Positions 39,080 through 53,439 of a stretch of 64,000 nucleotides of DNA are shown here, piece after piece. How positions within the stretch are numbered: position 1 is the stretch's first letter; each line of letters opens with the position of its first letter. Both the position numbers and the translations under genes were made by a program. The DNA is taken from contig OZ260666.1 in the NCBI GenBank assembly GCA_965285935.1, positions 36,084,001 through 36,148,000 of the forward strand. The letters run 5' to 3'. Origin of the DNA: Ophelia neglecta (Eukaryota). The notes beneath the pieces are model-generated. The model was not told where the DNA came from. It did not search any database and saw nothing but the letters and a program-made list of their open reading frames with translations.

Positions 39080-42000
39080 TAAGAACACCAAATTTTAAGA
39101 GATATAGTTTTTGTTGAGAGAGTTTTCACTTCCTTAATTTCCGTCATTATACTGAAAGATTATGTGTTTCTGTTGAAATAAAAATATTATGGGTAAAAGG
39201 GTACTTACAATGTGTCGAAAATACTCCCTTAGGCAAAATTTGAGTAATATTGCATGGTCACTATTAATTGACACTAGGGCATATCAGATGTATGATTTAT
39301 ATGTTATACCTCTCGCAAGTGTTTCGCTTTACGCATACCACATATTTTCATAATAATGAACAGTAATTAAATGAAAATAGCTACAGAATAATACCGATCT
39401 CATATCACGCAATGTAGCTACCGTCTAGCCTTAGGGACATTAATGGGCACATAAAATATATTTAATGCGTTGAGGGGTCTAACGAGGGAACAAGAAACAT
39501 AATAAAGATTTGTATAATTTGTATGAAGCGTATTATGCTGCTTTTTTACGACTCGTTTTTACCTGAACAGTAATTACTGGAGATGCAAAAGGAAAGTCGT
39601 CCTTTCAATTTAAAATTCTATGTGCTATATCACTCCAGCAGCTAGCGTTATAAATATAACACCAAATATACAAGATGTTTTTCTTCATTGCACTGCAAAG
39701 CATTAAATAATTGCTTTGCTTTGGAGAATTAACTATCAAAAGTGTACCATTTCCAAGCTTGACAATTTAGTGAATAAAAATTGCTTGTAGCCTATTATAT
39801 GAACTTAAGTAAAGGAGAATAAATACCGACCCGGAGACTCCAACCTTTTTTTTTTTACAAATGTCCGTAGGGTGGCTGTATTATATATATGAACGCCCTA
39901 TAGAGTCAAAAGAGATTGGCCACCAACCTCCTGAGAACGGGCTGCCAGATTGGACTATCCTGACCTTTTAATCTGAATTTTCCAATCGATACAATGTTCC
40001 GGAATTAAAGATTCACCTGATGTTTCCTGGCAGACATCCGATAATAAGGATTAGAAGGTTTGTGATAAATTTGTCTGAAAAGTATCCGCTTGAAACGGAA
40101 CTAAGCGATCTTTTGCTTACTGAACTGGCGGCCAAAATTGTCAGCGTTCGTGGTAGGAGACATTCGATCACAATTTGGCTTAAACATCCACAGGTAATTG
40201 CTTGTGTACACCACGTCGGCGATAGTTAAATATTGTGTGACAACAAACTCGTGCAGTAAGTGTGTTGAAGCATCGCCACCCTCATCGGCTTCTACATCCC
40301 AGACCGTAGTTTAAAGGCTCGAGGCTGTCTGACTATCTATCATAATAAAGAACAAACAAGTAGACACGTACGTTGCTTGTTCAGAGATTTGTGGCCTTGT
40401 TCGTGTGTGAACTATGGTATATATGTCTGTATATATGTCACATTAAGCGTAATGGTTCTCTGACACATATATACAAGATTTACAGCAAAATTGGTTCCAT
40501 CACCTGTAGAGCTGTATAATATCATCCACCAGCACCCTGGAGGAAATTTCATTAATATAATAATTCTACATAACCATCAGCTAGCGCGCATGTGAAAAAG
40601 GGAAACTTTTCGGCCTTTTTGTGTGAAATCTGTTCAAATCACAGTCTACATTGATGACCCTAGTTAAGTTGTTCCGGCCCTTTAGGCGTTACGTGTATGC
40701 CGCAGACCGTCTGCTGGTTAATTGATTCTGCAAACGTCATTTGCTTTACTGCCAAATCACTGAATAACGTGATCACAGTGTCCGATTGATTTCTATACTA
40801 AATGAGATAAGTCAGACACGTTCAAGGGGTCGGGTGTGAATAAATTTGAGGGATGGGCAGTTTGGTTTTCGGTGCATTCGAATATTTTGCATATGACGCC
40901 TTTCTAATAATTTTATAAGAGTAGAACTATAGATATGGGAAAAGTTATATTTCCATCCTATTTACCCAGAAAGACTACTGTCAATGTCAAGGCCAAATTT
41001 TCTGTTCCAAGTCAACGGGCAAACTCTTAATTTGTTTACCTTGTGTATAGTTGACACTGCGATAAATTAACCAGGCAGCTCAGTTAAAATATTCTTGTAT
41101 ATAATTTGACCCGGGATGAATACTTATCTACGAGGAATCATGCCCAAATCGGGTTATATTACAAAGACACCGAGTTAGCACTGATATAGGCCTATAATAC
41201 CTCAAATATTAAAATGTCAGAAGAAAAAACAACTGAGTGCACCTTATTCGAGTGAGGCATCTGAGTGATAGAGTTTTCTACACCTGCTCTTGTTTTTTAA
41301 ATTATTTAATTAAATGTCGAGAAATCAGCAATATAATTAAAAAGGCCAAAGCAACACCTTTCACGCAATCCTACCATTAACACCTTGAACACAGCTTGAC
41401 GACTTTATTTACCTCTAAATTTAGAAAAACATACCTTATCATACATGTAATTGTGAAAGGCATACCCTAATAAATGTTTAAGAATCGTTTTTTACATAAT
41501 ACAGTACTTCGTTGGGGGATGGGTTTAACACCTGCCTTCACAATGATAATTTAATAAGACGTTTAGGTTGCGTAGGCATGTAGGCATCTTTATTCAGTAT
41601 TGATAAATGGGCGGTATTACACACTTTATAATAATTATGTACATTGTCAACGGCTTTTGGTCCATTTCGAGATCTAACTGTCGATGTCGTTACATACAAT
41701 AATACCTAGTGAAGTGACTACCTGAAATACCTGAAATGCGTAGGTAATTGTGCCTATAATCAAAGGCCTGAATGTATTGCCCTTTTGTCGACACCTGAGA
41801 GCTTGTTTAGGGGTCTGACTAATTCAGTCAAGAGACCCTCAATAAAGACATTGACTTACAAATATCTAATCTCGTAACCTTAAAGTTTATTGAAATAGCC
41901 TCGCTGTATAAAAACCATTTTGACGGAAGAGTGTCTTTTGCTACGCCCCTTTAAAAATATAGCTTCGAAAGCCGTATTGTGGAACAAGTGTCTCACAATA

Positions 42001-45000
42001 CATATGCAAACATATAGGAGACAGTACGAGTGCAATTGACAGAACTATTGAACATTTGCCATAAAATCGCGCACTGGGGAGGTTAATAATATCTTGTAGC
42101 TGTCGTTACTATCCAATACTTCAAAACATTTGAAATCATAGGTTGTTTTTTCACTATCACTCGATTACTCTTATACATCGAGACAACCTGTATTTTTGGT
42201 TAAAAGCACCCTCTCAAGTACACTGAACACCTGGCATTTATGTATATTTGTCATCAAACGCTTTACATGTCCTTGTGAATAGTAAAGATAAACTTTGTTC
42301 TAGAGGGGCGATCCATTGGTTTTTAAGACGTGAGGCTACTAGATATTTAAAACCATTGTCCCCCTCCCCCCGAACCCCGAACCCCTCCTCCTGCTTCCAC
42401 CCAGTTCTGGGGTAAAACGGAACACACCTAACGGCTGAAAATTAAATATGAAAGTGGCTCACCTTGCTTTAGTTCCTTTTGATATGAAAGCCTTATCCAA
42501 TAAGTACAATAAAACACGTTCATTCACAGTCTAATATGCGAACAGGACGTTAAATTCTCACCAAGGAAGATGTGATCAGCAAATAACCTCGGAGGATTCC
42601 TCAAACCACATTTCAAAAGTCTAACATTTCCCCGCGTTTTGGTAAGACTGGATCAATGGGTTTTTTTTAACAAACACGAACAGTCCTGCATTATGTAACC
42701 TACGCACATTACCGATGTGACCCTTGACAGAATCAATGATAATTGCCTCCAACGATTCCCACTGCCAGTCGGTAAGCTGTCTTTCAGTTTAATACATAGA
42801 CCAGACTACATAGCCATATTATTCACTATTGGATCATCATATGTCCTCACACAGTGAAGAAAACCGTGTCAATATATATTCTAGAAATGTGAACTATATA
42901 CACTGACAGTCCAATCAAATATGCGATCAATGGCAAGACATGGACTCAGTAGAAAATTAGTTGACATTAATGCTGTTTTAAGTAGACTTCTAAATCCTGC
43001 GGCCTACTCAATGAAGTGATAGATGGATTAACAGACTGAGGGTGGTAACCGCCGGTACCCGTCGACGATACTTCTGAAGATGGTTTTAAATCCGACCATC
43101 ATCGGGTAGCACACGTGTTGAAAATCAGTCACGTGCTCTCCAAGATTCAAAATGTGCTTAATGAGTTCTTGCTCTCCTTCTGATACGTATCAAATTGGGT
43201 AACCTATGAGTTTGTCCACTGCCTGTAAACTCCAGATTACCAATCAACTAGATTTGCTCCCTAATTCCAAATTGGTATGACACAGATAAAGGCATCCTAT
43301 TTGTATCTCTCGACACAAAAATAATATTCTGAAACGCCATTGCAGGTTACGAGTTCATGCGTAAAATGTGTTCAGCATACAAGTTAGGCGATATTGAAAA
43401 GCACCAGGCAGGGTATTGAACCCGTCTCTTTTGTGTTATATAATGTTACCGCAAACTGCATGCTTCTAAATTAGTGGCATCGGTAACTGGTAGTCAAGAT
43501 ATCCTTTGCAGTTAATTTGTTGTCCTTAGGAGACCACAGAGAGAAGCAGGTTTGCCCACCGCCGTTGATCCCGATACATTTTAAGGGCTGCTCCGAGACC
43601 ACATTCGGCCTGTCACTGTGCGCCATGTGCATCGTGCGCTGTAGGTTTGTAATTTGCGCTTTAAGCCCGCCTAGGCCTATATGGCCATGAATTCGCTATT
43701 TTTATATGCATTACTATAATTGTAAAAGATCTATGAACACTGGGTTGTATTCCATTTGTTTGGTATCATCTTAGTGGTTTCCTAAACCCAGATACTTTGA
43801 ATAAAACCGCTTTTAACAAACTATCAAGGTAAGCAGCTGTATTTTGTTATAACCAGCCGTTGATTATTTATTATCTTAAGTCTAACCTGAATCAACACCC
43901 TGAGGACCGCGTTCGGAATACAAGTGGACCTTTACAATAACTGTATGAATTGTATTGCTCCGCAAACATTTTCCGGCCAATTACACATATAGCATCATAT
44001 CTGTGAATGTTTATGACGAAAAATAGGATTAGATTTCGACGGCAGGGGAAATACTTTGTAATATTTAATTCCGCGACCGTTAGATTTTAAATTTAAAAAT
44101 TCAACAATACCAACAAATTATAAAAAGACAACCGATTTTAAAGTGAGAACGCTTGACAACTGTCCCTGTTGAGAAATATCGAGCAAACAAAATGGTCCTA
44201 TGTTAAGATTCATGATTAGCTGCACTAATAATTTAGATGGTAATTCAACTCGTCGATAAGTCTTCTCAGTATGACGGTTAGGGTCTCGAGTGCTCCTCGA
44301 GGACTCCAAACTCTAAAGGCAGGTGATTTGGAAACAAAAATTCACATTTAAACGTGATCTGTGCCAACATAAAATCAGAGCGGTGCTGTGATTAGGTCTC
44401 ACCTGCGTTCCTCTGTTCACAAGGGCAGTATGCATTCTATGCTAGACCTCAAAAGTTATATTGAATTCATTTTGGACATTGCTTAATGAGCCTTGCCCTT
44501 GTGACTTTTAAATCTTATCAGTTGAAAATTATATTTAAAGACCGGTACCTGCCAAAAGGGGAAGCTTAGCGAGTAGAAGAATAAAACATATATTAGTAGT
44601 GACCATTGGCACTTACAATGTAGTGGTCATTTGGCCATTAAAGGTTATTCACACTGGGCGTTCAGCCTTGAAATGGTCCATTTAACAACGATAGAACATT
44701 TGTCATTGGAGGTAATTGGTAGAGCACGCAAGCCTATTCAGATTTATTTTGGAGTATCGAAAAAGTACTGCATGCAATTAGCCGTGCATAAATGATGGCC
44801 ACATGTGCAAAGTAGGAGGGAGAATCACCACCCAAGTAGATATATATATTAGATCATGCACACGTCAGGGGGGTTCTCGAGTTCAACCATCTGTTCGGTA
44901 CCTGCCTGTTAGAATGATAACCAGGTATCTATATAATGCAATAAAAGGACTGTCATTGAAAACCCCGAAGGCGGTTGTTCAATCTCAGCTTGTTTTGCGC

Positions 45001-47934
45001 CTTGCCCAACTTATAAAAGATTATTAAATTTCAACTGCATGAGCTTTAAAAGAATCCAATTTTTAGCATCACTGGATCGCTGTTTTGTATAATAGTTGGT
45101 AGCTGGCGTCGGTCTTTTCAACAAGCCCGACTGCCTCAAATCGGCGTCATACAAACAGGATACATCGCAGCCCATGTCATTAAACACCATACAAAGCATC
45201 TCGTTTTAAACAATGCAATTTATATTTCATGAAACGTATAAGTTGTTTTTATTTAAGTGCCTTAAGCCTTATCTTAATTAGATTTACGATAAAATTGGTA
45301 AAGGAGAATATGATAAATGAAAGTAATGGATAAATTGTAATCTCATATCGTAGTTTAATGCGGGCAATATTAATAACCTTTTTTTCTAGTTTAGATATTT
45401 GTGAGTATCCGTTTTACTTATATAGCAATACATGACAACATTTGAGACATGTCGTAATATACATTCTATGTATTGTTTTTCTTTACATGTAGTTTTCGGT
45501 TATGGTTTCCGTTATATAAATCAATCACACATGGTTCATGTATATCTACTGATCTTGCCGACTTAGGCTTCGTGGTTATATATAACGGGCCGTGAAGATA
45601 TTTAGTTTACGCTTTTCTTTTACCCACATCTGATAAATTTAATAAGTTAGGAGTAAAATTACAACCTTATCTACATTAATAATTTTTGTTTTTAATTGTC
45701 TTCAGATAATTAGACATCAACAGACAGCTGCTCCCCCCCCCCCCCCTACTCCCCAGCCCCACCCCACTTGATTTATAACTGAAGAAGAAGACACACGCAC
45801 AATTTAACCACCAACAAGTGTGAACGTTTTAAAGTTACAACGGTGGTACAATCCTTCTGATCTGCTTCGCTGCGGAGTTATATTAGGCGGAAAATCGGCC
45901 GCCGCAAACAAACCATTTAAATCAAGCAAAGTTCGCCAATCAATCAATCAGGATCCGTAAATCAATAGCAAACTGTCGTTTTCAGGGATTCGATCATCAG
46001 GCGTTTCCCCGGGGGACCACTGAGCTAGGGCCTGAGACATCTAGCTCGGCCAATAACGAACTAGAGTCACCGAGTGGTTTAAGACAGCCCGATAAAGCAC
46101 CCGTCTGAACGGGCTGATAACCCTTCGTTTCTAGCCACGTTACACGGATATTAATATAATTCAGCTGCAGTATTCTCATTGGTGCGTGGTTTTCCAAACT
46201 GTGGACCATTGCAGACTTGCCTCAAAACCGAGGACAGATGTATAAACATATAAAGGCACCCGAACACAAATATCAAAGATCAAATGCAAGGAAGCCACGG
46301 ACTTCGGATATTGTGTACGAAGTTATTTCTGTAACATCTGCTATGAGTCCAACACATTTGTAAGCGTAAATACTTTTTAAACGTTTTGATAAGGTTGTAA
46401 CTCTCATTTGATGTTTACAGAATAAGAAAAAAACATCAATTTAAATGTGCTTCGCCACAACATGTAATAGTTTGCACTATTTCCACATCAATGTGTGACT
46501 AGGAAACATGCGACGGGACAAAGCTTAACAATGTTTTCAGCCAATAAAAATACGCTGTTGGACTAAAAAAAAATTGAATCCCATAACCTCAATTGTCAGA
46601 TTTGGCCTTAAGTATATCGAATTAGTATTTAATCCTTCGTTGTTGTTTTTCGCTTTTTTTGTGATACGCGTATGCCTATATTATATACCTATGTACGTTT
46701 AAATCCGTACATGTCTACATGCGCACGATCATGGATCGTTACGTGGAATAAACGAGAACGAATTGAGCGAAATCATACATACAATCTATACGCTATTCTG
46801 TCCAAATATTGACCCACCCTAAAGAGGCCATTAACCATACAGACGACTGAAACGCGCTCTGTGGTTAAAAAGAGATAACAAAGTATCTATCCCCGCATAT
46901 TATGTGTTATTTTGATAATTTGCCTAATGACAACTGGGGAGACAATTGCCTAGTTAGGTTACCGATGTAGTTATTTAGAAACGCCGTTGTTGCCCTAGTT
47001 TAGTCCAACGCTTGCTGTGCTTCATTATTGGAGGTCCAAAGAGCATCCGCTTTTGAACAAAATGAATGGATTTTTGCTGTCGAAGTCAGCATAGTTCTAT
47101 GTCAACCACCTTGCTTTGTGGCGCCCAAGGCGGGAAGCCATGACCCAGAGGTCACCATTCAAAGAACGCCTGATTAATACTTGACTCAACCTTTTACTGA
47201 TAATAGAATTGTTCCTACTAACACATATTTATCAAGTTTTGTAAAATAACGTTATATCAATCCTTTACGCCAATTTACTAATTCAAGTATGCTCTTCGAC
47301 GCCTACTTCCTACGAAAAGAATAAGTAGTATGCAAACTAAACCTGGACACTGCACTACTTTGTTCCTATCTAACACCTTGGTCTGCTAAACAGATTTGGA
47401 TGTGGTGTAACATACTTAGCCTCCGTTATTTTCTATTTTTATTGACAGTGAAGATTTGATTTGTCGTCAATTTTCGACTATGAAGCGCGCCTACAATTAC
47501 AGCTTAAGTGCCTTACTGCAGAGGTTACCGCAACAGTTTTGAAAAAGTACGATTTTAAAACCAGCCATGAATAGTGATTGGCCAAGACTCACTAATTAAT
47601 GAAGAGAAGAGGGGAGGGGGGGGGGGGCGTCCTTTTATTCCCAATGCATTGTTATTTGCATTGACGGAGCGGTCTAAGCAGTCTGTCGGAAAACAGGAAA
47701 AAAGGAAGCAGATGAATGCATCGAGAATGCATTATTCCTCACATATCGTAGTATTTTATGCATTGAGGGTATAGAGTTATGAACATCTTTACGGATTTCC
47801 TGTAATACACGTAACTAATATTATACGCTGTATGTGTTGCTTAAGTAAATGAAGAATAAAAACCAAAAAAGCACAGTGGCTTAAACCTTAAAGGTATATT
47901 TCTGGTCACAAGACTTTTCAATATCTCAACATGC

Positions 47935-50612
47935 TCACAAACTGCAAACATACGCTTTCCTGCTCCTGTACACTCAGTCGATCACGGCCAAATCTACAAA
48001 GAGAACAAATAAAGTTATCCTATTATTAATTTATTTCACAGGCAGCCAATGGAGGGCTTTCAACACTGGTGAAATTTGTTCGCCCCGTCCCGTGCGAGTA
48101 ATAACTCTGGCGGCGAGACAGCAAGGTTTTGGGAAGGGCCACAAGTAAGCCATTACTGTAGTCAAGTTTGGCAATGACTGTGGACTGGATGAGAGTTTTG
48201 CAGGCATCAGTGGTAAGATAGTTCCTGATCTTGCTGATGCTGTGTAACTGAGCATAGCATGACTTGATAATGGCTCCTACATGTCTTCCATACTGAGTGT
48301 GCTGTCAAGGTAACTGCCAAGATTCTTCACTGAGGCACTAGGCTGATTGCAGCACTGCCAATTGAAAGGGACAAATTGGAATGAGCTGACAGGCGGTGCC
48401 TAGGTGAGTAAAAGATGAGTTCAGATTTCTCTCCGTTCAACTTCAAAAGATTGAAACTCATCCACTTATACACACATCGCTGACACAATGTTGGAGCTTT
48501 GTTGACACGTTGCCCCAATTGGAGAGATTTTTTTCGTCAACAACTAAACTAACTAACACATTTGAAAACTAAAAACATACATTTTGGGAGGCATTTTCAA
48601 TTATTTGCATGACATATCATCAGTATCTGCATTCTAAAAGAAAAATTGCCTTATCATGACATAATACATATATAATTTTTTTAATATACTCAGCATCAAC
48701 AACACATATTATCATCTCTGTTCATTTAAGCATATGAGGATATGAAATATAAACAATTCAAAACTTCTCACTTGCAAATCCGGCAAAGAATGCCCCTACG
48801 TCGAAGGCAGTTGGAATACATCGACCATATTCCCAATCGATAAATTTTACACGACCTGAAAATAACATATTTACTACAGGCCTGTAAAACTTCGCAAAAC
48901 TTACCGACGCTTCACTATACAAAGATAGGACCACGCATTTTATTTCAACAGGAATTATGTAATAATGCCATGAATTACCACCCTTAGATTTGTCGTAAAT
49001 CATATTTTGAGGGTTAGGGTCAAGATGACAGATACTAGTCGAAGAACATTGTATAGCACAGCTATTTCCTGAAGATCTCTGGCCTCTTTCTCTAGGCACC
49101 TTTTGTCCATTACCTCATTTATGAGTCTGGTTAATAATGAAATCAACTAAATAAATCAACCGCTGGGGCTGAATGCTTTTTTTTTGAAGTCACTCGTGAC
49201 AAACTGCTTTGTGTTGGAAACATGGCAACTTTAAAAAATAATATAATACATGTATATGAATTTCTATGTCTTATATCCTCGAATTATGTATTATTGTGTA
49301 CCTGGCATTTTTCATCGCATCAGTAAGCTTGTCTGGGAGGTTGCTTAGGAACAAATTGATATACCCATCTGTCGTACTCTTGGGCGTCAAAAATTCAACC
49401 TTCACCTATTTCCTCTAGGACTTTATTCCAATTATTTGTACTGGCCTTTAATCTTGCCATTTCTTTGGCAGCACACCTTTGTAACGAATAATGTGAACTT
49501 TGAAGTGAACATATCCATTATAGTGAAAAAATTACATGTATTTCTAAAAGTAAAATGAATGATTAAGTTTGAATTATGAATGAAGAAATAAAGCAAACCT
49601 TGCTAAATGTTCAAATGTTCCGATAGCGTCTTGATACAGACAAATTCCGGGGATGTATCTATAAGCCATGCCTTTAGTAAACCTACAGTATACCGGCTCT
49701 CCACAACCCACGTGATGGAGAACCCTCATCATCAGGATCTCGTTGTCTCGGTCAACAAAGGAAGAGTCCTTTCCGTAAATTTTCACAAGCACCATATCTT
49801 CTTCATTTTCGTCGTCTATTAACCGACACCCAACAAGTTTGTTCATTAACCCGCCATGTAATTCCTACAATGAAAACAGTGTATAATCTTTTTTTTCATA
49901 CTATTCGTCCTCATGTGAATGGATTTTCTTTATTTTTTAAACACAAATGGTTTGTTGACATTCTTAACAATGTCAAGCATTTAATCTTAGTCTGATTTGC
50001 AAAATAATCATAGGCAGTATTAGCAATAATCCAGCGTCAATTTATATGGCAATGGTTTTATTTAATCTTGCGTTTTTACATGCGTGTCAACTAATATTAA
50101 TAATATTTTCACATGTCACGTGTACTTCTCTCTCGTCAAACAGCGGCTGATGAGCTTCAATGTGTTTAATTTGTGGAAAGACGAATTAATTTTCCGCCAA
50201 ACAAATAAACATGGGCCATATTTCCATTTAAATACGAGAATATAAGAGAATGATTTTAAACATTATGCTACAGGGTTTGGTTGATATATAAAGGCACTGC
50301 CAGTAGAATGACTCCTAATTTGAGATTCTGCCTGCGAGTCTTTACGCTAAATCCGTGTCACTGTCCTCAACCCCCGTCCCCTAGGTGGATCGGGGGGGGG
50401 GGGGGCATCAGTACACAGCCACTGTGATAACAGTGTGTGAATGGTACTAATGCAAGTAATGGTGACAATAGTACCATAGAAAACATTATGTTTCTTTTAC
50501 GCTAAAGAGCAGGTCTTCGGGAGTCCATGATGGCCTGACAACCTCCAGTATAGGCAGCACGTCCTTCTCATAACTCTCTAACTACCAAATCCAATATGGC
50601 TGTGGCCGCCAT
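47935..50612 (-). pseudogene. Ethanolamine kinase-like pseudogene (copy C)
   Basis: Exon 1 50501-50612 (5-nt deletion, TGA); exon 2 49599-49864; exon 3 49302-49476 (11-nt deletion, TGA); exon 4 48979-49126 (1-nt deletion); exon 5 48772-48855; start of exon 6 about 48530-48552; exon 8 47935-47993 (2-nt deletion). The rest of exon 6 and all of exon 7 are replaced by a LINE fragment. Confidence 0.9.
48031..48525 (-). mobile_element. Degenerate L2/CR1-group LINE fragment (C-terminal part of the RT ORF)
   Basis: Frameshifted motifs WMSFNLLKLNGEKSELI, VKNLGSYLDSTLSM and ARVITRTGRGEQISPVLKALHWLPV are typical of L2-clade ORF2. Confidence 0.85.
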
Positions 50613-51833
50613 GCTCCCTACACCGGATCAATCTCGATATTGTGAAGACATAGCGGATAGTATCTGTAACTATTGGGGGACCTGATATTACGACACGTAG
50701 CAAGGCAGTAATCATATTAATTGCCTACTTGGGACTAGATTAGGTCACCTGAGCTTTTCATCTGCACAAATGTCTCGAAAAAATATTGACAAGGTGAAAG
50801 TCCGTCCTACTTCATCTGAACTATTGGTATAGGTTCATTTCAAATGAACGGTTAAAAATAAGGACCATATATTATGTAATTACACGGTGAGCTTGTTGTT
50901 TGACAAAAAAGAAAACGAGAATTGTGCCGTTAATCAAAGCACTGGAATCTTTTTAGGTGATGCAAACCGTTGATTTCGCTATTGTGTCAAGGTTTCCTAA
51001 CATGAAACAGGAAAATGCAAAGCATGATGTCAAATATGAATAATATATCTATGTTACAATAGTCAACTCTTGTATTTTCATTTACGTTCTGTTTAAATTT
51101 GAAATAGAGCAAAGAGTATGCTTTGTAATTCATTAATGAACTTCATCTCGAGATAAAATATGGTCAATGAGTGACATGACATCAGTTAATGAAGAATCAG
51201 GTGCATAGCTGAACAAAGTCTAGCGAATATCTTATGCTGAAAAATGCGGCTGGTCATGAAGGAAAAGGTGAAAGCTATTACCGTGTTCAGAGGCTACGCC
51301 GTGATTTAGGCCCATAATATCTTACACTCTGCTTAGGCACATTAACAATTATTCAGTCATGATCGTATGTGTTATTACTCAATTGTAAACGACAATAATA
51401 CCATAGAACTGAAACCGTTAGGTTGTTGTTGGTTTTTGTTATGGCTGCTCACAATCACTTTTCGCGCCTTCCTTCAACTTCGCTTGGCCGTGAGAAGTAC
51501 GGGTTACGGTTTCACAAATGAAAGTTCACATCAACTTAACAATCCGTTTTTATTGCAATTGTCTAAATGTATATACTACAGGCTCGCTCTTCCGAATTTA
51601 TGATGGGGTTGGAAACGTCCTTACTCCTTGCTTCCCAAAGGCCAACTGAGACTCCCGCTCCCAACCAATGCTCAAAACTCGCCACTCTACATTCTTTTTG
51701 ACCCACGTAATCTCTGTTTGCCCATAGGATGGACTCGTCTGACCAATAGATTTCTTTTCTTTAGACTTTCCCTAGAAACGTTCTGGACCCTGCCTAGAGA
51801 TGCTTCGTACCTTACCTTTTTTATTTTCTATCA

Positions 51834-51895
51834 CTCCCAGATCACGAGTGACCGGGTGTGATTTCTCCCAGATCACGAATGATCGGGTGTGATTT
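51834..51895. repeat. 31-bp tandem duplication
   Basis: ctcccagatcacgagtgaccgggtgtgattt x2 with 2 mismatches. Confidence 0.8.
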
Positions 51896-53439
51896 TTCTC
51901 TAGGCCTAAATAAATTAACCTGAATCGTCTACTGCGGTGTACGAAGTGAATATACAGCCGAATAGTAAATTTCACCCGGTAACAGAACACATGTGAAGTC
52001 GTAGCCTTCAGGGTTAGTTTAGTTGTCAAATATTTTGTGTGATAATGTGGACTTTTCACTGTCTTTCGTTACTCCCATGATGATTTCCATCAGGTTTCTC
52101 GAAGATGTGTCGTTTGATAAAATCGCTATGATGTCGGTATAAATATTCTTTGATTACCATAGCCTTGTTTTTATCAGTAAACTGAATTAATCCATTATGT
52201 ATATTTGACCATTACAATATAAAATAAATACTTCTCAATTAGAGTATGCAGCAATCGGTTATTATAAGCACTCATTTTGATCCACGAATGACAAAAGGCG
52301 CATGCGCAGAAACTAATTCCGTAATGATTTGCCACACGTCTCTATGTATTTGAAGTATATCACTGGAAAGTTATTCGTAGTCGCTTCTAGGTACTGTCAA
52401 TTAAAAACGGAAGTACTGAGCGCCGATGACTTTCCAGTCATAAATGGTGTATGAGATTATTTGGTCCTTCACCTGTTAAGTTCCACGGATTCTTATTCGT
52501 ACGGTAATAAGATTCTGGGGACGAAATATACCAGAATATTGGGACCGGCAGACGTAATTTCCAGACTGGAACCCAAACCTAAAGGATTTCCTACACCGCC
52601 GGACTTACTATGGTACTATGGTTCCAAAACCGCGGAACTCCCAGGTTTAAGTTATGTAATACGGTTATTAAATTTAGCCCGCGGGGACCTTCAACACAGA
52701 GAACTCAATAAAGTTTACACTGGTACAAAACCTTGACTGGTGATGTGGGTGGGCTTGGGATGGCGATATTGGGTGTAACCAAAGAGGGGCTGAGGGTGTT
52801 GTCATCACCACACTCTATTGCCATTTTGAGCCAATATTATTAATAGATACTTTAGTAAAATGAATTAATCGTAATATGCAAGAAATGTATTGCTGATTTA
52901 GAAGTGCATTATTTTCGGTTATTACTTAATCTCCCTTGACTCTGATGATTTATCTACTGTAATCGACTTCACAGCTGGCCAGCAATTACAGCTATAGTAA
53001 CAAACATGTAGATAGCCAACGGTCCATTTTTGAAAAGTTGAGATGATTAGTGAACGTCTCAGTGTGCTTCGCCGCTATTTGTATTGGCCGGGCGGTGGAA
53101 ACAATCCGTTCGCAAAACTTTTTTTTAATAATTATTGTTTATTGCTTTTTAATTAATTTCAAAAAGTGAATACTGTTATAAGTTTATAAGTAAAGACATG
53201 ATACTTTGGAAACCCTTTGCTTCGTAGTTCGGTCGAGTGTTATCAAATACACTGAATGAAACCAAAATTAATATATATTGTGAAAGGGACATAGTGTCTT
53301 TATTTTTCCCATTTTTTAAAAGTAGTTTTGATTAGTATTACACTTGATATTGGTTGTGTGTTATGTACATGATACATTAATGAAAACACAGCCTTAAAGA
53401 TAAGTTTTAGTCATAAGATTATCGAATATCCAATTATGT

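Noticed and set aside
26300-45000. Apparent enrichment of CAGGTA/TACCTG sites
   Set aside because: A rough count by eye is only modestly above chance for this base composition; not supportable without computation.
45984-46035. tRNA gene, hammerhead ribozyme or C/D snoRNA
   Set aside because: A-B box spacing is too short with no cloverleaf; CTGATGA...GAAA lacks stem II; the C-D span is short with no terminal stem.
47644-47665. miR-33-like sequence
   Set aside because: Several mismatches, no star arm, and not in an SREBP intron.
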